NCBI RefSeq assembly: GCF_006345805.1
Contig: NC_042998.1
Span: forward strand, 127,534,001 to 127,598,000
From: Octopus sinensis
Taxonomy: Eukaryota
Direction: 5' to 3'
Length of the DNA: 64,000 bases
Below are positions 12,561-23,235 of this stretch, in pieces. Every line of letters starts with the position of its first letter. Position 1 is the stretch's first letter. The notes beneath the pieces were generated by a model. The model was not told the origin of the DNA and made no database searches. It saw only the letters and a list, made by a program, of their open reading frames with translations. The position numbers were made by a program, and so were the translations under genes.

Positions 12561-12875
12561 TTATTCACATTTGACGGATATTCGTCCTCATCTTGTTTGT
12601 TGTTAACACAACGATATACCATCCAACCTCCATCAGGTGTCTTGGGGAAATTTTAAACCTGAGTTCTCATTGCTAAGGTATTTTTTGATATTATTAATAT
12701 TAGTATTATTATTATTATTATTATTTGCAGGTCACTACCTGGAATCGAACTCGGAATCTTGGGGTTCGTAGCCCGCGCTTTTAGCCACTACGCCATATAC
12801 CCGTTGCTTTTTTCTACGCTATATGCCCGTACTGGTTAAGAACGCGGTCTTCTAACCTCAAAATTCCGAGTTCGT
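12561..12875. mobile_element. Palindromic tRNA/(TAA)n/hammerhead element, copy 1 (left arm nearly complete)
   Basis: HHR-type tail on minus strand (12561-12690, GAAA segment deleted), (TTA)n, minus-strand tRNA-like head 12728-12802 (TGGCGTAGTGG, GTTCGATTCC), then a decayed plus-strand head 12821-12874. Homologous to 20607-21057 and 42313-42600. Confidence 0.8.
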
Positions 12876-13479
12876 CTTTCAATACATTTCTTCTATATTC
12901 TCCACATTTTAATTAATATATTTCTGATTTTGACTTTTCCCCATCCACTTTCTTCCTTCCTCGTATTCACCTCTCCAATAGTAATCGTTTACCCTTCCCA
13001 CGTATTTTATTGACGTTTGTGCATCAAATTAATTATGTTCTCTGCTACTATACATGCCATTTGCATTTGCCACTCATTTTTCCGACGATGAGATTTCCAA
13101 TTTGAAAATGTTAACGTATCATGTTTTTTGGGAGAAGATTTTTCATTATATATTGCGTATAAATTTTTACCATATTATTTCCATCTGTTTGTATAACATG
13201 CCTTGTAACATTAATCGGTTGCCGAATCTTTAAAACAGGTCTAAAGATCTACCTTCTTCTTGTAATTCGAATATATTTATATAACATCTCATATAAATGA
13301 CTTACTGAACAGAGGCCTCTAATTGTTCGTCTATTCTGTGTTTATTACTCGCTTCAGCTATATATTTCTTATAGCTAGCACTTTTCTGCTGGACTGTCTT
13401 GCTCTAGTTCAGAACTTTGAGTTTATGAAGCTGACAAATCCCAGCACCAATTCGGAGCGTAAATTTTCTACACTCACAC

Positions 13480-13670
13480 TGTCTTCTCACCCACCATGTG
13501 TACATATGTTTGTGTGCACGTGTATATACGGTTATGTGTGCGCGAGTATGTCTCTGTGTATACCTATATGCGTTTCTGTGTGTGCGCCTATGTATTTGTG
13601 CCTGTATGTGTGTATGTGTGTGTGTGTCTGTGTCTTTGTGTGTGTTTTGGTATGTGTGTGTGCGTGCATC
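13480..13670. repeat. Degenerate (TG)n tract
   Basis: Directly visible; source of the VC-rich ORFs. Confidence 0.9.
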
Positions 13671-13789
13671 CGCCCGTCCTTATTTGGTTAACCAGAATAT
13701 CTCATCGATCGTTAACACTCAGTATTGGGAATTCAGAAATGTCATATGAAATGTAGGTCGTTCGGCTTCAAGTCTAACACTCTATGATT

Positions 13790-14210
13790 TTTTTTTTTTG
13801 ATTTTTTATTACCCACAAGGGGTGACGGAGAGGGGACATTACAAAACATTGGGGACATAGAACATTATAATTAATAATATGAAAAATGAATTTTAAATGA
13901 AAAAATGGTAATATGAAAGCGATGCTAACAGCCCCATCCGCCAGCATCACTTACCTGTCCTTCGTACCCTATCATCCATTGTTCTCCCCAATTTCAAAAT
14001 ACATATTCTCCAAGTCTATCGCAAATCTTTCTTTAAACTCATTCTTTAGCTTATCCCCACATTCCCACTCCTCCACTTCCACATTTCTATTTTCACACCT
14101 CACTAACAGTTCATCTATTTTATCCTTCTTCACCATTGCATATTTCCAGTCCTCCTGTTCATACCCTGGATAACCCTCTAATATGTCTTTAATGTCCTCT
14201 CTTTCTTTTT
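13790..14210 (-). mobile_element. Poly(A)-tailed LINE 3' end (possibly L1/Tx1-like), decayed
   Basis: Minus strand ends ccccttgtgggtAATAAAaaatc-A11; the same ccccttgtggg(c/t)aataaa tip occurs at about 24705-24725 (+). Upstream purine-rich frame WKYAMVKKDKIDELL..LKNEFKERFAIDLE. Clade is uncertain. Confidence 0.45.
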
Positions 14211-14722
14211 TTAACCTACACAGACAGTTTTATTACTAGTTGTATTAATGTATAACCTCAAAGATGTACGCCCCTAAAATATGAATATACATCTTCACGA
14301 AAATTACATGCAAAGGACAATTTAATTTCATTGCTTTCAAATATATATAAAGCCATATATAAAGCACATTTCAGGAAATGTTATGGCATATTTAAAAGAT
14401 GAAGAATATCCGATGGCAATGCAGCGTGGCAATTAATTGCAACAGAAAACATAAATTCTTTATGTTAAATAATTGTAAACGTGTTATTTCTTAAAAATTT
14501 CAGTCACTTTTAGTAGGAAAGATGAAGTTTTATTCTAATTTCATGTTATGTTAATAGATTGCATAGTAAAATTTTCACATCTGTATCAGAGTCGAGAAAT
14601 TATGATCAACAAAAATATTCCTCACCATCATCACTATCACCATAATCATCATCGTCGTCGTCGTCGTCATCATCATCATCGTTCTTATCATCGCTACCAT
14701 TGGCATGATAGTTAATGCGTCA

Positions 14723-14832
14723 AGCAATATGCTGAGCGGCATTTCTTTTACCTTTCTACGATCTGAGTTCAAATTCTGTCGAGGTCTACTTTGTCTTTGA
14801 ACTTTTTCAAGATCAATAAAATAAGTACCAAT
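14723..14832 (+). mobile_element. SINE fragment
   Basis: ctgagttcaaattctgtcgaggtctactttgtcttt...ataaaataagtacca matches the other SINE copies. Confidence 0.55.
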
Positions 14833-15049
14833 CTATGTTGCTTCCGTCATAACTTACCGACCGACTATTGTGTTTTGTCCAACATCTATTCTGACGAGAT
14901 TAGGACGTCTGCTCTTCGTTATTCTTTTTACCTGGAACCCTTGAAGCAAATATAATAAATTGTTTTGCCAAATGTAAATAACGATAGGAATTTGAGTGAC
15001 ATAACGGCTAAATCTAGAGACACGACATTCAAACGAAAAAAAAAGGTAT

Positions 15050-15573
15050 CATGACAACCATGAACGGAAAATCAAGAAGCTTTGCTACTCGAAGCTGTCA
15101 CAAGGGTACCTTAGAGAATGAAAGTAAATTATATTTTTCTCTGCCAAAACCTGTAGACGTCATACGTGTTCCACGGTGACATGTACACTGAAAACTAAAT
15201 CGAGGGTAGAAGAGTTTATGAGACAAATGCATTGATTTTAACACGTCTGAGTGAACGGAATAGGGACAGTTAGTGTGGCACTCAGTTGTTCACAGTTTAA
15301 TACCATTGCGTTTCGGACAAAAACAGGAAATTCACCGTAAGAGACATCGTTGACAGTGATTAAGTCTGATTAGTAATACCGTAATACTATATGGTCAGAA
15401 ATAATGTCATATTTGCTTTATGGACATAAAGAGGAGAGAGAAATAAGCAGGACCGGAGACTGATGAATGGATAGAGACAAAAATTAACCCGAAACGACCA
15501 GATGCATCCCGAGAGAAGGCAAGCAAAAAGTGTGTGGAGAGATCTTTGTGCAACAAATGAAGATCTACTGATA
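15050..15573 (+). mobile_element. Decayed PLE 3' end (GIY-YIG remnant plus pLTR with degenerate hammerhead)
   Basis: Broken frames give GKSRSFATRSCH (YIG-x-T/S-x-R..H-like) and LILTRLSERNRDS*CGTQLFTV (NRD-x-G-like C-terminus), followed by CTGATGA at 15460 and GAAAC at 15491. Confidence 0.4.
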
Positions 15574-16950
15574 GGCATATGAATGGCCTGTAGGTTTTGA
15601 GGGTCATCAATATCTCTTCTTTTATGCAAGTGGATTATTTTCCTTTGCGTCAGGCACTCTGGTATTTCGGATGGAATCCGTATTATTTTATTAAAGATAT
15701 ATGTAATATTTTGGTGCAAGACATGTTGGTGTTTTATCCATAAATTTGGACTTTTTCCTATTCCAGGAGATTTTTAGTTACCCTTTCTGCTGATGTCTAT
15801 CAATATATTGCTTGCTGTGATGCCCCATTCCTGAGTTGCCGCACATTTCCATTTTTGTTGTTTTATGGTTAATTCATTTGATTCATGGAGCTTTCTATTT
15901 CCGTATATTTACTTCACGATGTCTCTAGTTTTTCTTTGCTTTGCTAATTTGGCACTTATTTTCTTTTATTATTTAATTTTCCTCAAGGGATTTTTATACC
16001 TTGAAATATTTGATTTTCTCTTGAATTGCTTGATTCGTTATACAATCTTCCCGTCATATTTGAACTGTAATTTCGAAATCTTTTTAACTTTGAATTTTAT
16101 GTATTTAATTTTGTAATTTTAAGGGTTGGTGGTGATGTGGTTTTCTTATCCTAGATATTTTCCGGTTGCAATTTATCTCCTTTTGAGTCATTTGTTCGCA
16201 AATAGGATCTGTTTTATGGTTTCTAGCTTCATCTCTTATTCGTGCACTTACTACTCTGGTTACTATACATTTTACGTCTAGTATTTGGTTTAGGTCCGTT
16301 ATTCTTATTTCATTTATTTGCTCTGTAATTTCTTTTTAATACACAGTTAATATCTATGATTAAGGTTTTTTTTTTTTTGTATTGAATGATATTTTCTTTG
16401 TTTATAGTCTTTCTTCGAGTTGTATAACTTTTATCTATTCAAACTTAATTTCCTCTATCATATTTTCTAAGTCACTGCATTCATTTATTTTTGTTGGCAT
16501 AAATAGTTTATTCCTATTCATATTAGTTGGCAATGTTCAGTGTGAAGTAGCCGGTTCCTTATTTACTATTGAGTTGTAGAGCATACAGTTACCTTTATAT
16601 TCTATTCTGTTTTAGTCAGAATTTTCTGTCGTGTTCTGCATTGAGGGGGCTGTGACGTATTATTTTGGCTTCATATTTCAGTTAATTTTTTTTTGTTTCT
16701 TTTTACAGATAATCTTATTCTATTTATTTGAGGGCGTATTTTCGGATTGCTATTTTGCCAGATTTGGCTTGTCGATTCTACAAAACAACCTGAAGGATTT
16801 AATTTGGCAGTAAAGTAGGCTTTTGTTTTGCGGTCTTTGGGTATTCGGCGCCTGTTCATTTCTGTCTAACTCTGTGTTCTTCTTTTGACTGAGTTTGCCA
16901 CGCCGAAATGTTTCCGTATTTATTGACTTATTTGCTTTTTATTATAAACA
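15574..16950 (-). mobile_element. Older, decayed R4/Dong-type LINE fragment (pre-RT region)
   Basis: KIIRIPSEIPECLTQRKIIHLHKRRDIDDPQNLQAI (15580-15719) matches the IPEWL..GK..L..K...DP.NYRPI motif just before RT; minus strand shows ctcctggaataggaaaaagtcc (W-K-S-P-like); K/N-rich decayed frames continue to about 16.9 kb. Confidence 0.65.
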
Positions 16951-17769
16951 TTTTAGGCATCGTGTTGCCATCTTAACACTTGGGTCAACAATACGTGCAG
17001 AATATTTATAAAACTTTAATTAACATTCCTAATGTACTGGAAATGTTAAAACCTTTCCAACTCTCTAGTGGTTCTATTTCTCAATAGCTTGAAGAGTCAG
17101 CAATATAATCTTGAGTGAATTTCAAGTAAAATATCATGCGATAAAATTAACATAAATATTAACGCCAAAACCCTGTCTTTAGTTATGTGGACAATGCTAC
17201 TGACAATCTTCCAAACATTATTTCAGTTATTTTTGTGAAGTGCTAACAATTTTCCTATGAGCCATGCGATGCATTTAAAGACAATATGAAGGTCACGAGC
17301 CGTGTTTTTGAAACCTATACTTCCTTTATAGTAACACTTTCTGTTTCATTTATTCCAATGTTTCCTATGTTGTTCTATTTCTATTGATTACTTCCTATTT
17401 GTTCGTTATTTTATTGTGTCTTAAATTGTTTCTTTCGATTTTGATGTTTATTTCCCCTGCTGCTTGGAAACGCACATTCCTTTACTCAGGCACTTACACT
17501 GTTAAAAGTACCGTATATTGCTGAAAACCTCTTACTCTTCTGAAATCACCCATACACTGTTGAATGCTTTACATCACTGAATAAAGAAATGAAGTAGACT
17601 AGCTTCTTCCCCTCCAACCTAAATTAGTACTTATTATTTCCTGTTCCAATCCCGCCTAAGTCAAGCCCCTCCGGTATCGATAAAATGATATACAAATTAA
17701 TCCCAAGTATTGGGATTAACTTTAAGGGCTTGTGCCTATGTTATAAACAGTTAAGGTAAGTGAAATAGC

Positions 17770-18050
17770 AGGATCATTAGTGCATTGAACAAAATGCTTT
17801 ACATTATTTAGTTCTTAACGTTCTGAATTCAAATCCATCCCAGGCCAAAGTCAGTTGTAGAACCAATTTTTGAGAGTCTTTTTCCCCCATTTCAGTGTTC
17901 TTTGACCATTTCGGATTTGATAAAACAAATCCTAGTCAATTACCAGGTTCAATGTAATTGACTAATCCCTCTCCCACAAAGATTGCTGGCCTAATGCATG
18001 AACTAGAAAAAATTATAGAGGGCGTCGAGTTAGCAAAATCGTTAGCACTT
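17770..18050 (+). mobile_element. Decayed SINE containing a 58-bp foreign insert
   Basis: SINE motifs gttctgaattcaaatcc and ataaaacaaatcc..caggttcaatgtaattgactaatccctctccc surround 17847-17904, which is repeated at 18611-18667. Confidence 0.55.
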
Positions 18051-18089
18051 TGGAAAAAAATACATAGTAGTAATTTTACTTTCCATTAG

Positions 18090-18104
18090 TATAGCAGCAG
18101 CAGC

Positions 18105-18135
<31 letters not shown>
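18090..18135. repeat. (CAG)n(TAG)n microsatellite
   Basis: Directly visible. Confidence 0.9.
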
Positions 18136-18136
<1 letters not shown>

Positions 18137-20606
18137 GTCCTTATTATAGTGGCAGTTGAAACACATAAGATAGAGAAACTGATAAGGACCTTGTGCTAAA
18201 AAGTGCGGTAGCAAAACCACACCAGACGGCTCAGTAAAATAAATGGAGCTCAGTTAAAAATAACAGCGTGTATACTTATGAGTTGCAAGCCACCAGAAGG
18301 CTAGCAAACTTGCTGCTACTGCCGCTACCGATGTCGCTGCTGCATCCGAAGCACTACTAGTCCCCTCTAGGGGAATAACTGGAAACAAACCTTATTCTCA
18401 TCATCAAATCCCGTAGCCTCGGGTGTGCGTCAACGAAGTGTGGCAGTATCTCTCCAGTCTCTACAACACCAACCAAAGTCTGCAGGAAACGTTTCGAACC
18501 TATCGTTAAGCAAAAGAGAGGAGCTTATGTAAATTAAGTACTAGTAGAATTCCGACAGGATATAGAAGAAGGGTTCGGCTTAGAGATTAGGAGAGCTGAA
18601 AATGTCACGGAAAGTCAGTTGTAGAACTAATTTTTGAGAGTTTTTTTCCCCATTCAGTGTTTTTTGAATGGACAAAGTAAAGTTCGTAAAGAAACTAAAC
18701 ACAAGAAAAAAATGAAAAAATGATTGGGAGAATAAAAGGATTTATTCACAAATCTTAGAAAGATAGGGATTTGGTACTATTCACCAAAAATGTAAAACTT
18801 TTTTCGAAATTAAGTTGGTCGATTTCATTTATGAACCAAATCTTTGACATGTAAGCCTGCTTTATGGAGACCAATATACACACACAAAAAAGTAGTAAAT
18901 TTCAGCGTTTTTCTTTTCTTCTAATTATTTCAAATGTATTCACCTTCTCGGCTGAAAATCTCTTATTTTATGATTCCTATTTCACTTCTTTAACAATTAC
19001 AGTGAAACTTCTACCTCAATATCGACGTCTAATAAAGGAAATAAATATGCCGAACTGTCTTCTGTACTTGCCCAAACGAGTAAATTAATATTAGTCATTG
19101 AACTAATGTCCACTCCTGTTCACATCAAATTTCTAATTAGATCGCTGATGCTCTGCATTAAATTAGTTCAGCCCTGCTTAATTTGTTAGTGTGTTCCACT
19201 CCTTAGACTTTTTTACTATCCGTTCATTCTTTAGTTGGTGATTTTTTAAAATTCTGTCTTAGGTTTCCCTCTCCTTTCCTAACACAGGTTTTTGTATCTC
19301 GATGTCCTCTGTATTCTCTATATTCTGTTTCTTCTCATCATCAACATCTACGTCAATATATCATTATTTTCGGAGTTGACAGGTTGTCTATTTTATTTTC
19401 TACTTCCCACACTGTAGTTTAAGCCAAAAAGCAAATAAATAAACATTGCAGAGTTGACCGAAATAGAGAGCGAAGGAGCTAAAGAAATACAATGGATAAA
19501 GAGTGAGAGAGATGACAGAGAGCGTAACAAGCGGAGAAAGTGAGAGTGTATTGTAAGTATATAAAAGGAAGAAATAGTGACGGAGCACCTGGAAGTAGGG
19601 AGAGAAGAGATTAAGAGAAGTAAACTTATGCATGTATACATAGAGAGTTGGAAAAATAGAAGGGGAAATGTAAGGAAAGAAAGAGAAGACTTAATGGAAG
19701 TTCTAAGCAGAAATCAAATCATCAGTAACGCTCTGGAATAATTAAAGAGTGATCCAATTTTAGATGAACAAATAACAAATTAGTAATTTAGATTGTCTGT
19801 TAAAAGAAAAATTACCGAGTGTGTTTTTCTGTTTACATGTTGCCGCTAATGTTAATAGTAATCCTGATTTCTAACATTAACACAAGGTCACAAAATGTGT
19901 AGGAATAAACATACAAGGAAATCGACTTAAGCGTTTTAATGGTAATTATTTATCGAACCTAGAACAACGTAAACAGAGACTGGAGAGACGTAATTAAATA
20001 CAGCAAGCCATTTAGTCCGGCAATCAAATATTTCTGGCATTTAATACTAAGGTGATAACAGAGATTGCAAAATAAGTATTGGTAGTTTTATATGTTCTGC
20101 AAAGGGATACAAGTGTAAAATATAATCCCATTAGTAGCCGTACTGGAAATCCTCACTAATAATGATTTCTTCATTACCCAAACATCAAAGAGACGTTCAT
20201 TTAAGGACACTTACACGCTGTGTTTCTTATAATATTCGTAAGTGTAGAGATCTCAAGATTTTCATAAGTTTTACCACATCCTACGATGTAGGTAACAGAC
20301 GGTTACAAAGATTTAGACTGCGGAAATGAAGTCAAATATTGCCCAGTTCTAGCGGAGATACAACCACAAACCTGTTTCTTTTTCTTTCTTTCTTTTTTTT
20401 TGCTTACATCACCTCATCCGTGTCTCCATCAATTTTGAAAACTAGATCAATCTAGACCTTGAACATGTTAATTTTTTCAGAGATAAACAATGATGGTAAA
20501 CTGGCTGGTAAAAACAGTCCCACCTAGATTCCAGATTGCAAACTTAATTCATCTGGTTCGGTTTTGTACTGGTACTCACCACGAAATCAATCAACGATTT
20601 GGTTAA

Positions 20607-21057
20607 TTTACATTATTTACATTTGACGGATATTTGTCCTCATCTTCTATGTTGTTAACACAACGTTTTCGCTGATATACCCTCTAGTCTTCATCAGGTG
20701 TCTTGGGGGAAATTTCGAACCTGGGTTCTCGTTCCTAAGGTATTTTGCGATTTTATTTCGATGTTATATGCCCATAGGCATATGGCGTAGTGGTTAAGAG
20801 CGCGAGCTACTAACCCCAAGATTACAAGTTCGATTCTAGGCAGTGACCTGAATAATAATAATAATAATAATGATAATAATAATAATGATAATAATAATAG
20901 TAATAATAATATCATCAAAAAATACCTTAGGAATGAGAACCCAGGTTCGACATTTCCCTAAGATACCTGGTGAAGACTGGAGGCTATATCAGCCGAAAAG
21001 TTATGTTAACAATAAACAAGGTGAGGATAAATATCCGTCAACTGTAAATAATGTAAA
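20607..21057. mobile_element. Palindromic tRNA/(TAA)n/hammerhead element, copy 2 (both HHR arms, one tRNA head)
   Basis: Inverted arms 20607-20746 and 20918-21057 (about 140 bp, roughly 85% identity); centre ATATGCC-cata-GGCATAT; plus-strand tRNA-like head 20777-20849; (AAT)n 20851-20910. Confidence 0.85.
20777..20849 (+). promoter_or_regulatory. tRNA-derived internal Pol III promoter (A and B boxes); not a functional tRNA
   Basis: A-box TGGCGTAGTGG (20783-20793), B-box AGTTCGATTC (20828-20837); anticodon-like loop CTACTAA resembles tRNA-Thr(AGT) CTAGTAA; acceptor stem does not pair. Confidence 0.65.
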
Positions 21058-21504
21058 TAATATAAGTAATATACATAATTCCTCATCCCTTAAATATAGA
21101 ACTGGATTTGGCTAATATCATGTTTGTAACTGACTGAAAAAGACTTTGCCTTTATTTGTCTTAGTTCAGCTGGGATGATCCTATTGCGTTCTAGATCACT
21201 TCTCTTTTCTTGACATTCACCGTAGAGAGTGACTTGGATTTTAATATGTCAGCTGTTGCTCAAGTACCACGTTATGAAACTGGATTGTCAGCTAGGCTAT
21301 CTAAAGTTGATTTTCTTTTATTTATAAATACATGCAAAGAAATTAGGAAGTTGTGATGTTTTTAGGGGGTTTTTTCTACCTTAATGAACAAATTTTCGGC
21401 AGGAAAGCAAGAACATGTCGAACATCCAGCGCTATAGGAAAATGAAATTAAAACCAACTAAAGCGTATGCAAGAACCCGCTGTTGCAGCGGCGATGTTGA
21501 TGTT

Positions 21505-21514
21505 GATGGTGGTG

Positions 21515-21557
<43 letters not shown>

Positions 21558-21625
21558 CAGCAGCACCAGCAGCAGCAGTGACAGCGGCATCAGCAAGAGC
21601 AGCAGCCACAGTAACAAACACAAAA
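21505..21625. repeat. (GGT)n(TAG)n(CAG)n compound microsatellite
   Basis: Directly visible. Confidence 0.9.
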
Positions 21626-22781
21626 GTAGCTGCGCGCGCTAGTTAACCGTTATGCCCAATTCCTAATGGTTTATTGTGTTATGTTCATTTGGCGGAGATA
21701 GAGAAATACAGTCAATATAATCGAAGAAGTATAATAATGTTGTTTGTGTCATGGATAAGTATCGTGTCCACTTTAGTAAGATTACACTAAGACATGTAGA
21801 AATGTACCAGCTCTGCCATTACATGAAGCACGTCTTAATACGAGATGCTTGCTACTTAACACGGAGAATTCAACCATATGGTTATATTTCTATTTTCATC
21901 TCAATATAATAGAAAACAGAGCTGGTATTATCACGCGTTTACCTGTTTCTTCACTACACTTATTCTTACTGTGCATGCATATATATATATATAAACGCGT
22001 GTGCGTGTATCTATGTGAATGTATGTGTAATGGCAATGTATATTGTGTTTGCGTGTGTATGTCTGTAGTGCGTTTATCTAAAAGAGCTTTTGTTTGTATC
22101 TGCGTGCATCATTGTTTGTGATTTCGTTCGTGTTTTTTTTCTCTTACTTGTGTTGTTTGATGTGTGCGTGTGTAGGCGTGCATGCGTATATTTGCTTTTG
22201 CAGTTGGTTCTGTTAATGCTTGTTTGGTGTACGTTTATTTTTTTCGTCTGGGTGAATGTATATATGTGAGTGAGCTGGTATGTCTACGCACTTTTTCTTT
22301 TTTCATTTCATTGAATCATTGTGTATGCCTGAGTGTTTGTAAGCGAATGCAAGTAAGCATGATAGAGAGTAGCTGTACGTGTTTCTACTGTATTAATGAT
22401 TATATCTCAATCTGAAACTATGGCTGGTTTTAGACATGTGCATGCTTGTTTGTGTTAAGTATGTGTATTCAGATGTTATAATGTTTATTAAAAATACAAT
22501 TGTCATCATGCCAGAAATTGAAAGTAGCATAACAACTATTGAATTATAATTGGTTAGTTGGACGTCAGCCGGGGTGTCTGTTTTAATTTAGGCCATTGAT
22601 AACAACCGGAAATCAAAGGTGCAAGTTGTAGGCTATGTGAGATGGTTTAACCTGGATTCGAAAATTGTCAGTGAACTGTTTCACTGACGCCTTAACAATA
22701 TTCTGTTATTGTTTATCTTTACATATTTTATAAACGTTTCTTTCAATTTGAATAATTAATGTAATTTTGTTGTTTAAACAG

Positions 22782-22924
22782 GAATACGTACGGATGCTCG
22801 TTCTGCAACTACGTAGATGTAGGTTTAGTTCTACTGCACCGCACATTAGTGTTCTCAAGTATAGTTTCGAGCTGACAAATGCCTTGAGTGAATTTGGTTG
22901 GCGGAAACTGGGTGGAAGCCCGTG
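22782..22924 (+). CDS. Candidate internal exon (143 nt)
   Basis: Acceptor aattttgttgtttaaacAG, donor GTG|GTAGGT, open frame EYVRMLVLQLRRCRFSSTAPHISVLKYSFELTNALSEFGWRKLGGSP. No homology recognised. Confidence 0.2.
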
Positions 22925-23019
22925 GTAGGTAGGTAGGTGTGTGTATGTGTTGTTTGTGTATGTGTGTGTATGTGTATGTGTGTGCGTGTATGAATATATT
23001 TGTATGTAGATATATGTGT

Positions 23020-23235
23020 GTATGAGTCTTTGTGTTTGCGTTTGCCCCCACCAACGCTTGACAACTAGCGTCAGTTTGTTTACATCCATGTATCTCAGCA
23101 GATCGACAAAAGTGTGAACAAGTACCAAACTTTTAAAATAAGTACCATAGTTGATTTGATCGACTGAATCCTTCAACGCGGTGCCCTTGCGTGGCCTCAT
23201 TCTAATAAGTGAAACTACTTAAAGATAAAGATAAA
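23020..23235 (+). mobile_element. SINE 3' half
   Basis: tttgccccca..gcttgacaac....aaataagtacc..gttgatttgatcgact..gcggtgccc; same tail as 33800, 53480 and 55340. Confidence 0.6.

Noticed and set aside
12728-12802. tRNA-like sequences here and at 20777-20849, 35533-35600 and 42345-42416 as real tRNA genes
   Set aside because: Acceptor and T stems pair poorly and each is attached to a repeat body; treated as SINE-type heads.
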